A stretch of 23,316 nucleotides of DNA from positions 1-23,316 of the forward strand of contig CAXXWC010000012.1 of assembly GCA_963668645.2 (NCBI GenBank), in the 5' to 3' direction. The DNA comes from Desulfobacterales bacterium (GTDB lineage Bacteria > Desulfobacterota > Desulfobacteria > Desulfobacterales > UBA2174). This document shows, piece after piece, positions 1-9,214 of this stretch; positions within the stretch are counted from its first letter, which is position 1, and each line of letters opens with the position of its first letter. Position numbers and translations under genes: made by a program. The notes beneath the pieces were generated by a model, which saw only the letters and a program-made list of their open reading frames with translations, was not told the origin of the DNA and did not search any database.

Positions 1-1
1 C

Positions 2-379
2 AGGATTTTCCTCTCGGTGACCGACAACCCGTACGTGATCCTGCTGATGATCAACCTGCTGCTGCTTGTCGTGGGCATGTTCATGGAAATTTCGGCCTCC
101 ATCGTGCTGCTGGCCCCGATCCTGGCCCCCCTGGCCCAGACCCTGGGCATCGCGCCGCTGCACTTTGCCATGGTCATGCTCGTCAACCTCAACATCGGTC
201 TGATCACCCCGCCCCTGGGCCAGTGCATCTTCACAGTCTGCGGCATCACCAACCTGAAAATGGAACAGGTGGTGCGGGCCACCTGGCCTTTTTTACTGGC
301 CGAACTCGTGGTCCTGGTCCTGATTACCTTTTTCCCGATCATCACCGAGATCGTGCCGCGGATGCTCGGCTACCTGTGA
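2..379 (+). CDS. dctM: TRAP transporter large permease, C-terminal part (5' truncated by window edge)
   Basis: Hydrophobic ORF open from base 2, with DctM C-terminal motifs 'LLLVVGMFME', 'P-L-P-A--LGI-PLHF' and 'IGLITPPLG'. Confidence 0.9.
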   Translation, partial: RIFLSVTDNPYVILLMINLLLLVVGMFMEISASIVLLAPILAPLAQTLGIAPLHFAMVMLVNLNIGLITPPLGQCIFTVCGITNLKMEQVVRATWPFLLAELVVLVLITFFPIITEIVPRMLGYL

Positions 380-432
380 TAGCAATGAAGACCGCCCCGT
401 TTCCAAAGGGACTAAGAAAGGCTTAGCCATCC

Positions 433-1470
433 ATGAAAGAATCCGGATTCAACCGCTTCATGTCCGCCCTGTTCAACGGCCGGCGCGCCAGCCGGCCGCC
501 GGTGGGCAATCCGACTTCCATCGTTTGCCACGGACTGATGGACGCCGCCGGCGTCGGCTTCCCCGAAGCTCATCTCGACACGGCCGCCATGGCCGAGCTG
601 GCCCTGGCAGGCCACGAGATCGTCGGCTTTGACACGGTGATGCCCGAGTACTCGGTCCAGCAGGAGGCCGCTGCCCTGGGCTGCACGGTGGATTGGGGCG
701 ACCGCAACACCATGCCCGACGCCAAGAACTTTCCCCACCAGGACTTTTCCGATGTCCAGGTGCCGGAAAACATCCTGGAAAAACCATCGATGCGCGTAGT
801 GCTCGATGCCATCTCGATCCTGCGACGCCACGTAGGCGGCAAGGCAGCCATCATCGGCAAGGTCATGGGCCCCTGGACCCTGGCCTACCACATGGCCGGC
901 ACCCAGAACCTATTGCTCCAGATCGGCCTGGGCGAGGATGAGAAGGTGGTGCGCATGCTGCGCCAGCTCATGCCGGTGCCGGTCCTTTATGCCAACGCCA
1001 TGTTCGCTGCCGGCGCCGATGCGGTGGTGCTGGCCGATCACGCCACCGGCAGTCTGGTCAGCTCGACCCACTACGAAAAGCTTCTGCTGCCGATCCACCA
1101 GGAACTCATCCCCCAGATCTGCGGTCCGGTGATCCTGCATGTCTGCGGCGACTGCAGCGACCGGCTCGAACTGTTCGCCGCCTCGGGGATCGACGCCTAC
1201 CACATGGAATGGCAGGTCGACGCGGCTGAGGCCGTACGCCGGGTGGGCGACCGCATCTCGCTGATCGGCAACGTCAACAACACCCGGGTCCTTTACCAGG
1301 GCACCCCGCAGGACGTTTACCGGCAGGTGCGCTATGCGGTGGCCTCCGGGATGAACATCATCGCGCCGGAGTGCGCCATCCCTCTTGCCACCCCGCTGGA
1401 AAACCTCAAGGCGATCGTGGCGGCGGCCAGCGAAGGATACAAACAGCCCGCCGGCGCCCCGGTGAGCTGA
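433..1470 (+). CDS. MtaA/CmuA-family (URO-D fold) Zn-dependent methylcobamide methyltransferase, 345 aa
   Basis: HxC zinc motif 'ILHVCGD' plus distal Cys in 'APECAIP'; 'EAAALGC', 'GPWTLA', 'TPLENLKA'; directly upstream of a corrinoid protein. Confidence 0.88.
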   Translation: MKESGFNRFMSALFNGRRASRPPVGNPTSIVCHGLMDAAGVGFPEAHLDTAAMAELALAGHEIVGFDTVMPEYSVQQEAAALGCTVDWGDRNTMPDAKNFPHQDFSDVQVPENILEKPSMRVVLDAISILRRHVGGKAAIIGKVMGPWTLAYHMAGTQNLLLQIGLGEDEKVVRMLRQLMPVPVLYANAMFAAGADAVVLADHATGSLVSSTHYEKLLLPIHQELIPQICGPVILHVCGDCSDRLELFAASGIDAYHMEWQVDAAEAVRRVGDRISLIGNVNNTRVLYQGTPQDVYRQVRYAVASGMNIIAPECAIPLATPLENLKAIVAAASEGYKQPAGAPVS

Positions 1471-1505
1471 GACTCTATTTGGGAACCATGGAGGTTCGAA
1501 TCGAG

Positions 1506-2144
1506 ATGCACACGCTTTTGGAAACCATCAAACAGGCAGTGATCGACGGCGGCCACAAGCAGATCGAAGCGCTGGTGGGCCAGGCCGTCGAGGCCGGTCT
1601 GCCCCTGGAACAGATCATCAATGAATCGCTCATCGACGCCATGGACGTGGTCGGCCAGCGCTTTTCCAAAAAAGAAATCTACGTACCGGAAATGCTCGTA
1701 GCGGCCGTAACCATGAAAAAGGGGCTCGATGTTGTCAAGCCCCTGATGGCCTCCACCGAGGCGGTGCGGCGCGGCACGGTCATGATCTGCACCGTCAAGG
1801 GCGACATCCACGACATCGGCAAAAACCTCGTGGTGATGATGCTCGAAGGGGCCGGCTTCGAGGTGGTCGATCTGGGGGTCGATACCACGGTGGAAAAGGT
1901 CATCGCCGCAGTGCGCGAACAGCGCCCGGACGTGTTAGGCCTCTCGGCCCTGCTGACGACCACCATGCCCGAGATGGCCCGCGTGGTCCAGAGCCTGGCG
2001 ACTGCCGATCTGCGCGGCCAGGTAAAGGTCATCGTGGGCGGGGCGCCGGTGGACGCGGCCTTTGCCGAAAAGATCGGTGCCGACGGTTACGGGGCCGATG
2101 CGGCCGAGGCCGTCACCCTGTGCAAGACGCTGGTGGCCAGTTGA
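1506..2144 (+). CDS. Methyltransferase cognate corrinoid protein (MtaC/MttC-like), 212 aa
   Basis: B12 motif 'GDIHDIGKN', 'LSALLTTT', 'VIVGGAP'; cap domain 'MDVVGQRF--KEIYVPE'. Start taken at ATG 1506 after GGAGG at 1490-1494. Confidence 0.93.
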   Translation: MHTLLETIKQAVIDGGHKQIEALVGQAVEAGLPLEQIINESLIDAMDVVGQRFSKKEIYVPEMLVAAVTMKKGLDVVKPLMASTEAVRRGTVMICTVKGDIHDIGKNLVVMMLEGAGFEVVDLGVDTTVEKVIAAVREQRPDVLGLSALLTTTMPEMARVVQSLATADLRGQVKVIVGGAPVDAAFAEKIGADGYGADAAEAVTLCKTLVAS

Positions 2145-2184
2145 TGATGCCCGGAAAATCGCGGCTGCGGGGCCGGAGTGCCCC

Positions 2185-4044
2185 TTGAAAGCGCTTCCGG
2201 CAGCAGTCGGCCCGATGCAATCGCCGCGGCCACAGATCCGCTTCGAGCCTTCGGGACGGACAGTTGACGCCTCCGCCCCCTTCTCCTTGCTAGAAATCGC
2301 ACGAAAAGCCGGCATCCGCATCGCGGCCGACTGTGGCGGAGCCGGCCGGTGCGGCAAGTGCCGCGTACGGCCGGTGCCCGAAACAGCCGCAACCCCGCCC
2401 ACGGCCGCCGAAGAAACCCTTCTTGGCCCGGCGCTCCTGGCGGCCGGCTACCGCCTGGCCTGCCAGACGGAGCCTCTGGCATCCATGAGCGTGGCGGTGG
2501 TCGAAGCCCAGGTCCAGACCGCATTCGACGACGAGGTGCTGCAAGTCTTGCCGCCGGCAGACCCGCCGGCCGTTTCAGTGACGGATCTGCCCGCCCCGGC
2601 CCCGGGCCGCCCGCCGGCGCCAAGTTTGTGGGAAGAGATCACCCGGGCCGCAAGCGCTGCCGGCGGCCCCAGACTTGGTCCACCGCCGCCGGCGCTTTGG
2701 GCCGAACTTTTCACCCCGAATCGTGCCGGGCGCCGGGCTGTGTGGAGCGACGATCGCCTTCTGGGCCTGGCTGCCGCCGGCCGTCCGGTCTTGGGCCTGG
2801 CTGTGGATCTGGGCACGACCAAGGTGGCCGCGGCCCTGATGGACCTGGCCTCCGGCCGCTGCCTGAGCCGCGCGACCGCCATCAATCCCCAAGTGAACTA
2901 CGGGGCGGATATCATGACCCGCATGGCCGCAGCCCTGGCCGACGAAACGGACCGCGACGCCCTGCGCCGCACCGCCGCAGGCGCGGTCCAGGCCCTTGCC
3001 GAGGATCTGTGCCGTGCCGCATCCTGCCCGTCTTCCGTCGCCGGCCCGCCGCTCTGTCCTGGAAGGGACATCTTCGCTGCGGTGATCGCCGGCAACAGCG
3101 CCATGCACCACCTGCTGCTCGGTTTGCCTGTCGATGAGTTGGGCCGCAGCCCCTACCGCCCGGTTCTGCGTACCGCCCTGGATCTTCCCGCCGAGGCCGC
3201 CGGCTTGGACCTGGCTGCCGGAGCGCAGGTCTTTTTTCCGCCGATCATAGCCGGCTTTGTCGGCGCGGATCACACGGCCGCACTGGCCGCCACCGGCTTG
3301 ATGCACAGCCAGGGTGCGGCCCTGGGCATCGACATCGGCACCAACACCGAAATCAGCCTGGCAAAGGACGGCCGCCTGTGGTGCTGCTCGGCCGCCTCGG
3401 GCCCGGCCTTCGAAGGGGCACGGATCACCGATGGCATGCGTGCCGGGCCCGGAGCCGTATTCAAAGTGCATATTCGCAGCGAAGCGCTGCTCCTGGATGT
3501 GGTGGGGGGAGGCCCTGCGGCGGGTCTCTGCGGATCGGGCCTCTTTTCGGCCGTCGCAACGCTTCGCCGCCATGGCTTTCTCGACCAGATGGGCCGCTTC
3601 AGCCGCACAGCACCCTTCATCGACGGCCAGAACGTCTTGCTGGCACCGGCCGGCCGCACCGCCCACGGCCGCGACCTGATTCTGTCACGCCGCGACATCG
3701 GCGAACTGCAGCTCGCCAAGGCCGCCATCCGAACCGGGATCGACCTGCTCCTGGCCGAGGCCGAGATCCGCCCGCGGCAAATCGGCACGGTGGTCATGGC
3801 CGGGGCCTTCGGCACAGCCGTGTCCCCCCAGGACATCTTGGATCTTGGGCTGCTGCCGGCCATCGCTCCGGCCAAAATCCGTCAGGTCGGCAACGCTTCC
3901 CTGGCCGGTGCGATCCGGGCCCTGCTTTGCCTCGAAGAGCGCCGCAACATGGACGCGCTGGCCGGTGCGGCCCGCTACCTCGAGCTGGCCGGTCACCCCG
4001 GCTTTGCCCAGGGTTTTGCGCTGGCGACCGGCCTTTGCCCCTGA
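2185..4044 (+). CDS. ATP-dependent reductive activator of corrinoid proteins (RACE/RACo-type; N-terminal 2Fe-2S plus ASKHA ATPase)
   Basis: 'CGGAGRCGKC...RLACQ' 2Fe-2S motif; 'AVDLGTT', 'NPQ--YGADI', 'IDIGTNTEI', 'GPAFEG', 'LQLAKAAI', 'AGAFG'. Start uncertain: TTG 2185 (GGAG at 2175-2178) or ATG 2215. Confidence 0.88.
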   Translation: MKALPAAVGPMQSPRPQIRFEPSGRTVDASAPFSLLEIARKAGIRIAADCGGAGRCGKCRVRPVPETAATPPTAAEETLLGPALLAAGYRLACQTEPLASMSVAVVEAQVQTAFDDEVLQVLPPADPPAVSVTDLPAPAPGRPPAPSLWEEITRAASAAGGPRLGPPPPALWAELFTPNRAGRRAVWSDDRLLGLAAAGRPVLGLAVDLGTTKVAAALMDLASGRCLSRATAINPQVNYGADIMTRMAAALADETDRDALRRTAAGAVQALAEDLCRAASCPSSVAGPPLCPGRDIFAAVIAGNSAMHHLLLGLPVDELGRSPYRPVLRTALDLPAEAAGLDLAAGAQVFFPPIIAGFVGADHTAALAATGLMHSQGAALGIDIGTNTEISLAKDGRLWCCSAASGPAFEGARITDGMRAGPGAVFKVHIRSEALLLDVVGGGPAAGLCGSGLFSAVATLRRHGFLDQMGRFSRTAPFIDGQNVLLAPAGRTAHGRDLILSRRDIGELQLAKAAIRTGIDLLLAEAEIRPRQIGTVVMAGAFGTAVSPQDILDLGLLPAIAPAKIRQVGNASLAGAIRALLCLEERRNMDALAGAARYLELAGHPGFAQGFALATGLCP

Positions 4045-4104
4045 TGCGCCATTTTCTCCAGATCAAAACATCCAACCCGGCCCCGCATCAGTACTGGTGA
4101 ATGA

Positions 4105-6465
4105 TCAGATACTTTCATGGGCCGTGCGGTTAATGATTTCCATCTGGTGATGCTGGTCAAGATCGACAAAATAGTCGCTGTAGCCGGCAACCCTCACCAG
4201 AAGGTCCCGGTAATCGTCCGGGTGCTGCTGGGCATTTTTCAACGTATCGGTATCGACGACATTAAATTGGACGTGATGCCCTCCGAGTTTGAAATAACTT
4301 CGGACAAGAAGGCCCAGCTTGTCCAGGTCCTCTTCGCTTTTCAGTACCTGGGGAAGGAACCGCTGATTTAAAAGCGTTCCGCCTGACTTGGACTGGTCCA
4401 TTTTTCCCAGCGATTTGATCACCGCGGTGGGGCCTTTCCTGTCTGCGCCATGGGATGGCGATGTCCCGTCGGACATGGGCATTCCTGCTAACCTTCCGTT
4501 TGCGGAGGCACCCAGCATTTTGCCGAAATAGACGTGACAGGTGGTCGACAGCATGTTCAGATGATATCTTCCGCCCTTGGTATTGGGATACCCTTCAATG
4601 GTATTGTAAAGGGAGGCATATATCTGCTTCATGATGTTATCGGCAAAATCATCGTCATTGCCGAAAAATGGAGTCTTATTCCAAAGGCGCATCCTCAAAG
4701 GTTCGCAGCCATCAAAGTTCTTTTTGAGCGCATTGAGCAGGTCGTCCATCGAAACGGATTTATTTTCAAAAACATGCTTTTTAATGGCGGAAAAACTATC
4801 GGTTACCGTTCCGATCCCGCAGCATTGAATATAGTTGGTGTTATAGCGCGGGCCTGCGTTGTAATAATCTTTTCCCTTTTGGATGCAGTCACTGATCACC
4901 ACGGACAGAAAGGGTGCCGGCACGTTTTCGGCGAACATTCTTTCAATATAGTTGTTAACCCTTATTTTCAGCTCAACCACATGCTGCAATTGTCTTAAAA
5001 ACGCTTCAAACAGATGTTCATAGGTCGAAAATTCCCTGGGATCGCCGGTCTCTATACTGATTTTCTTTCCGGTCATCGGATCCGTGCCGTTGTTCAAAGC
5101 AAGCTCCAGCAACTTGGGCACGTTGAGATAACCGGTCAAGATATAGGCTTCCTTTCCGAATGCGCCCGTCTCTATACATCCGGAGCATCCACCTTCCCTG
5201 GCATCCTCAATGGTCTTGCCGGCACGGACCTGTTCCAGAACGACCCCATCGGCATTAAACAGTGACGGATACCCGTAGCCTTTCCGGATAACCCTGCAAG
5301 CCGCCTTCAACATTCTATGGGGTGTTTTTTCACTGACCTGGACATTGCACTGGGGTTGCAGCAGCTTCAGTTCGTCAAGCACTTCAAGGATGATATAGGA
5401 GATCTCGTTGGATCCATCGTCTCCGTCCCGGGTCAGGCCGCCCAAGTTGATATTGGTAAAATCGTTATACGTCCCGCTTTCTTTTGCCGTAACGCCGACT
5501 TTCGGGGGGGCGGGCTGGTTGTTGAATTTTATCCACAGGCAACTGATCAGTTCCTTGGCGGTTTCACGATCCATGATCCCCGATGAAAGATCTCTTTCAT
5601 AAAAGGGGTAAAGATGCTGGTCCAGATGTCCCGGATTCATGGCATCCCAACCGTTCAACTCGGTGATTGTTCCCAGGTGGACAAACCAGTACATCTGGAT
5701 GGCCTCCCACATGGTTTGGGGCGCATGGGCCGGAATCCTGTCGCACACATAAGCGATTTTTTCGAGCTCTTCTTTTCTCCGCGCGTCGGTCTCGGCATCC
5801 GCCATTTCCCTCGCCAGCCGGGAATGCCTCCGGGCAAAGAGGATCACGGCATCACAGGAAATGTCCATCGCCTTGAGTTCCTCGGCCTTTTCCAAGGCCT
5901 GAGGGTCATGGATAAAATCGAGATCGTCGAGCTTGGCTTTGATCTCTTCTTTAAAATCCAGCATCCCTTTCTGGTATATGATACCGTCAAGGGTTGTATG
6001 CCCCGGTGCCCGTTGCTCCATAAATTCGGTGAAAAGACCGGCCTGGTAAGCATCTTTCCATTCTTGGGGGACATGTTCGAATACCCGGTCTCGTATGGTT
6101 CGTCCTTTCCAGTAGGGGATCACTTCCTCGCGGTAGACACGGATGTCTTCAGGGGCAATCTTAAAAGATGTCATGGGACGGCTGTTCAGCGTCTCCAGGT
6201 CCTGGACGGAATGGCAATTCAGCTCCGGAAAAGTTGAAGTTGCCTTCGGGAAAGGACCACGCTCACCGACAATCAGCTCTCCTTTGCCGATATAGATTTT
6301 TTTTCTTTCGCATAAGTTCTTGAAATTCAACGCCCGCAACACCGGGACAGACCACTTGCCCAGGTTTTCACGGTAAAATTCGGTGGTTAAAACGGCTCTT
6401 TCAACCGAAATTGAAGGAACAGCCTTGAATGATTCTTCTCTCAACGCTTGTATTCTCTGATTCAT
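4105..6465 (-). CDS. hypD: Glycyl radical enzyme, trans-4-hydroxy-L-proline dehydratase, 786 aa
   Basis: Gly-radical loop 'RVAGYS', Cys loop 'SGCIE'; HypD-diagnostic segments 'FTEFMEQRAPGHT', 'ELN-WDA', 'NQPAPPKVG-T-KES-TY-DF', 'LTGY', 'TTCH'. ATG 6465 lies 1 nt after the epimerase stop with AAAGGA upstream. Confidence 0.93.
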   Translation of the reverse strand: MNQRIQALREESFKAVPSISVERAVLTTEFYRENLGKWSVPVLRALNFKNLCERKKIYIGKGELIVGERGPFPKATSTFPELNCHSVQDLETLNSRPMTSFKIAPEDIRVYREEVIPYWKGRTIRDRVFEHVPQEWKDAYQAGLFTEFMEQRAPGHTTLDGIIYQKGMLDFKEEIKAKLDDLDFIHDPQALEKAEELKAMDISCDAVILFARRHSRLAREMADAETDARRKEELEKIAYVCDRIPAHAPQTMWEAIQMYWFVHLGTITELNGWDAMNPGHLDQHLYPFYERDLSSGIMDRETAKELISCLWIKFNNQPAPPKVGVTAKESGTYNDFTNINLGGLTRDGDDGSNEISYIILEVLDELKLLQPQCNVQVSEKTPHRMLKAACRVIRKGYGYPSLFNADGVVLEQVRAGKTIEDAREGGCSGCIETGAFGKEAYILTGYLNVPKLLELALNNGTDPMTGKKISIETGDPREFSTYEHLFEAFLRQLQHVVELKIRVNNYIERMFAENVPAPFLSVVISDCIQKGKDYYNAGPRYNTNYIQCCGIGTVTDSFSAIKKHVFENKSVSMDDLLNALKKNFDGCEPLRMRLWNKTPFFGNDDDFADNIMKQIYASLYNTIEGYPNTKGGRYHLNMLSTTCHVYFGKMLGASANGRLAGMPMSDGTSPSHGADRKGPTAVIKSLGKMDQSKSGGTLLNQRFLPQVLKSEEDLDKLGLLVRSYFKLGGHHVQFNVVDTDTLKNAQQHPDDYRDLLVRVAGYSDYFVDLDQHHQMEIINRTAHESI

Positions 6466-6466
6466 T

Positions 6467-7432
6467 TCACTGTTTCCTTTCATAATCCCCTTTAATCCCA
6501 AAACAAAAAGGATCCAACGGATCTATAATCAGGGTGCTTTCTCCGATGATGTATGCAGATCCTTTAATACTGGGAAAAAGCCTGCCTTCCTTTTTTTTCA
6601 GACTGCCTTCAAAAATACTTCCTAAAATGCTCTCCTGGCGCCATTTCTGGCCAAGGGGTAAAAGGCCTCTCTCATACAGGCAGGCCATTTTGGCACTGGT
6701 TCCGGTACCGCACGGCGAACGGTCATAGGCATTCCCGGGACATAGGACAAAATTGCGACTGTCTGCCGCATCTGTACCAGGCGGCCCGAAAAGCTCTATA
6801 TGGTCTATAAGTTGCCCGTCATCTCCAGCTACGTTATTTTCGATCAGGGCTTTGCGAATTTTTGTGGCACAATCCGTAAGCTGGGCAATATTTTCCAAAG
6901 CTACTTTCAGGCCATGGTGCTCAACCAAAAAGAACCAGTTTCCTCCCCAGGCGACATCGCCTTTCAAGGTTCCATATTCTTTCAAAGTAAGTTCAACATC
7001 CTTTAAATACAAGTAACTGGGGACATTGATAACAGTGATTTCTCCGGATTCGTGCAGGGTCGTCTCGACAATGCCTACCGGGGTTTCGATAAGATGGATC
7101 CCAGGCTTTATCCGGTTCATGTGGGCCAACGTTTTGACAACCCCGATCGTGCCGTGCCCACACATACCAAGATAGCCGACATTGTTAAAGAAAATTACCC
7201 CTGCACTGCATCGGGGATCTGCCGGCTCAAGCAGCAGGGCCCCCACCAGAACGTCCGATCCCCTCGGCTCGTTGACTACCGTGGACCGGATATGGTCGTA
7301 TTGCGAACGGAAAATTTTGCGGCGGTGAGCCAGGTCCGAACTCCCCAGCTCAGGTCCGCCCTCTATAACAACCCTTGTAGGCTCTCCTCCTGTGTGAGAG
7401 TCAATGGTTTTAATTAACAGACTAGCGGTCAT
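6467..7432 (-). CDS. 4-hydroxyproline 2-epimerase (proline racemase family), 321 aa
   Basis: 'DSHTGGEPTR', both catalytic cysteines ('GMCGHGT', 'DRSPCGTGT'), and the segments 'EPRGSDVLVGALL' and 'NFVLCPG' recalled as typical of hydroxyproline epimerases rather than proline racemases. Confidence 0.88.
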   Translation of the reverse strand: MTASLLIKTIDSHTGGEPTRVVIEGGPELGSSDLAHRRKIFRSQYDHIRSTVVNEPRGSDVLVGALLLEPADPRCSAGVIFFNNVGYLGMCGHGTIGVVKTLAHMNRIKPGIHLIETPVGIVETTLHESGEITVINVPSYLYLKDVELTLKEYGTLKGDVAWGGNWFFLVEHHGLKVALENIAQLTDCATKIRKALIENNVAGDDGQLIDHIELFGPPGTDAADSRNFVLCPGNAYDRSPCGTGTSAKMACLYERGLLPLGQKWRQESILGSIFEGSLKKKEGRLFPSIKGSAYIIGESTLIIDPLDPFCFGIKGDYERKQ

Positions 7433-7485
7433 TCCAGTGTCTCCAGCAATAGAATTGTAAAAGTCATGAAAGTCCCGGGATGGAA

Positions 7486-8394
7486 CTATTTTCGGGTGAC
7501 GGTTAATCCGTAGTCTTGCAGCCTGTCCACGGCGCGGGACACCTGAAGTTCCGACAGCAGCGGGGCGCCGCTCATCCTGTAAGGGATGTCCAGTTTATCA
7601 TATTTGGATGCATGAAAATCGTGATAGGGAAGGATATCGACTTGTTTTACGGCTGGAAGTCCGGACAGAAAGACACCGAATTCTTTCAAATCTTTTTCGC
7701 CGTCATTGATCCCCGGAATCAGAGGGATTCGAATGACAATATTCGCATTGGCAGCGGACAGTTTCGCAAGGTTTGATAAGATCGTCTTATTGGATACGCC
7801 CGTATACCGCCTGTGCTTGTCTTCATCCATCATTTTCAAATCATACAAAAACAGGTCTGTTCGCCGGGCAACGCTTTCGAGAATCTCCCATTTGGAAAAT
7901 CCGCTGGTATCTACCGTTGTATGCAGTTCATAGGTTTTACACGCTTCGAGCAATTCCAGAAGTGCTTCCCATTGGCTGAGCGGCTCTCCGCCAGAAAAAG
8001 TCACACCACCTTGCGAGCTTTCATAGAATATGAGATCTTTTTTGATAATTTCAGCAACTTCAGACACGCAAAAAAACTTACCCTGGATCTCCAGAGCCTC
8101 TGCGGGACAGATATCGGCACACTGGCCACATATCCGGCACAAAGACCGGTCTATATGGATCCCTTTCGGCGTATGTGCCAAGGCCTTTTCCGGGCAGACG
8201 TCACAACATTGCCGGCATCCGATGCAGCGTTTCGAATTGTATATGAGATGTTGCATTTTGGAAATGCTTTCCGGATTGTGGCACCAGTGGCACGACAAAG
8301 GACAGCCTTTAAAAAAAACAGTGGTCCTGATGCCAGGACCGTCATGGATGGCATATTTTTTTATATCAAATATAAGGCATTTTCGGTTTGACAA
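7486..8394 (-). CDS. Glycyl-radical enzyme activating enzyme (radical SAM with ferredoxin insert), HypD activase
   Basis: 'HDGPGIRTTVFFKGCPLSCHWCHNPES' (CX3CX2C), two CxxCxxCxxxCP clusters, 'GGVTFSGGEP'. TTG 8394 fits the GAGGGG RBS better than GTG 8403. Confidence 0.92.
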   Translation of the reverse strand: MSNRKCLIFDIKKYAIHDGPGIRTTVFFKGCPLSCHWCHNPESISKMQHLIYNSKRCIGCRQCCDVCPEKALAHTPKGIHIDRSLCRICGQCADICPAEALEIQGKFFCVSEVAEIIKKDLIFYESSQGGVTFSGGEPLSQWEALLELLEACKTYELHTTVDTSGFSKWEILESVARRTDLFLYDLKMMDEDKHRRYTGVSNKTILSNLAKLSAANANIVIRIPLIPGINDGEKDLKEFGVFLSGLPAVKQVDILPYHDFHASKYDKLDIPYRMSGAPLLSELQVSRAVDRLQDYGLTVTRK

Positions 8395-8450
8395 AACGCA
8401 CACCCCTCATCAAAAATTATTCTCAAGCATTATCGATTATTTTTTGCATG

Positions 8451-9194
8451 TCATTCTCTTTTAATATGCTGCATTGAAGGCACCATTTTTGATTCATTTT
8501 CTTCAAAAAGGGCTACGAGAAAAGCCTCTTTTGCGATATTTAAGTGTTCACGCATGACCCGTTCTGCCCGGAAGCCGTCCCCGGACACAATAAACTTAAC
8601 AATATCCTTTGCCGTATTGATCGCCTTTCTGATATTCTCGGTGGAGGAAGTTTTCATGATTACAGAGGTTCTTTGATTCACCTTCAGGTGAATTGTTTTG
8701 AGAATAATGCCGAGGTCCGGATTTTTTGCGGCACGCGCAATTTCCGTATGAAAATTGATATCTTCCTGCAAATAAAGATGAACTTGTTTGTAAGTCTTTT
8801 CTAGCCTTTTGTAGGCCTCATGCAATACGAGAATCTGTTCTTCACTGATGACATTGGCAGCCTTTTTGACGGCATGGCATTCAAGGACTTCTCTGATTTC
8901 CATAAGGTTGTAGATATTTGCCGACTCAAAAATATCGGATTGCATTTCCTCCGAAGAAGCCGGTGGTTCGATACGGTCTTTGACGAAGGTTCCCTTGCCC
9001 TGCTTTGCCGTCAGCATGTCCATTACCACCAAAGCGTTAATCGCTTCCCGGATGGACGACCTTCCCACTCCGAACTGATCGGCCAGCTCCTGGTAATTCG
9101 GCAGCCTGTCTCCAGGCTGAAGCTTTCCGGTTCTGATATCGGAAAGGATTTGTTTGACAACCTTTTCAGGGGCGGATTCTGTTTTTATTTTCAT
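8451..9194 (-). CDS. GntR family, FadR subfamily transcriptional regulator (FCD domain), 247 aa
   Basis: wHTH 'LQPGDRLP---ELADQFGVGRSSIREA...GKGTFV'; FCD 'LMEIREVLE', 'D-NFH-EIA-AA-N'; ATG 9194 with GAGGTG RBS. Confidence 0.9.
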   Translation of the reverse strand: MKIKTESAPEKVVKQILSDIRTGKLQPGDRLPNYQELADQFGVGRSSIREAINALVVMDMLTAKQGKGTFVKDRIEPPASSEEMQSDIFESANIYNLMEIREVLECHAVKKAANVISEEQILVLHEAYKRLEKTYKQVHLYLQEDINFHTEIARAAKNPDLGIILKTIHLKVNQRTSVIMKTSSTENIRKAINTAKDIVKFIVSGDGFRAERVMREHLNIAKEAFLVALFEENESKMVPSMQHIKRE

Positions 9195-9214
9195 GGACAC
9201 ACCTCGATATCCGA

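Noticed and set aside
2062..4100. Long overlapping and antisense ORFs over the activator gene (also 15745-16644 and 19965-20882)
   Set aside because: Shadow ORFs typical of high-GC coding DNA, with no recognisable motifs.
4045..4104. att site, direct repeat or terminator at the left edge of the low-GC block
   Set aside because: Only a weak near-palindrome (CATCAGTACTGGTG) and no matching repeat at the right edge.
4105..6465. Pyruvate formate-lyase, choline lyase or other GRE assignment
   Set aside because: It lacks the PFL Cys-Cys pair and matches recalled HypD-specific segments, and the adjacent Hyp epimerase supports HypD.
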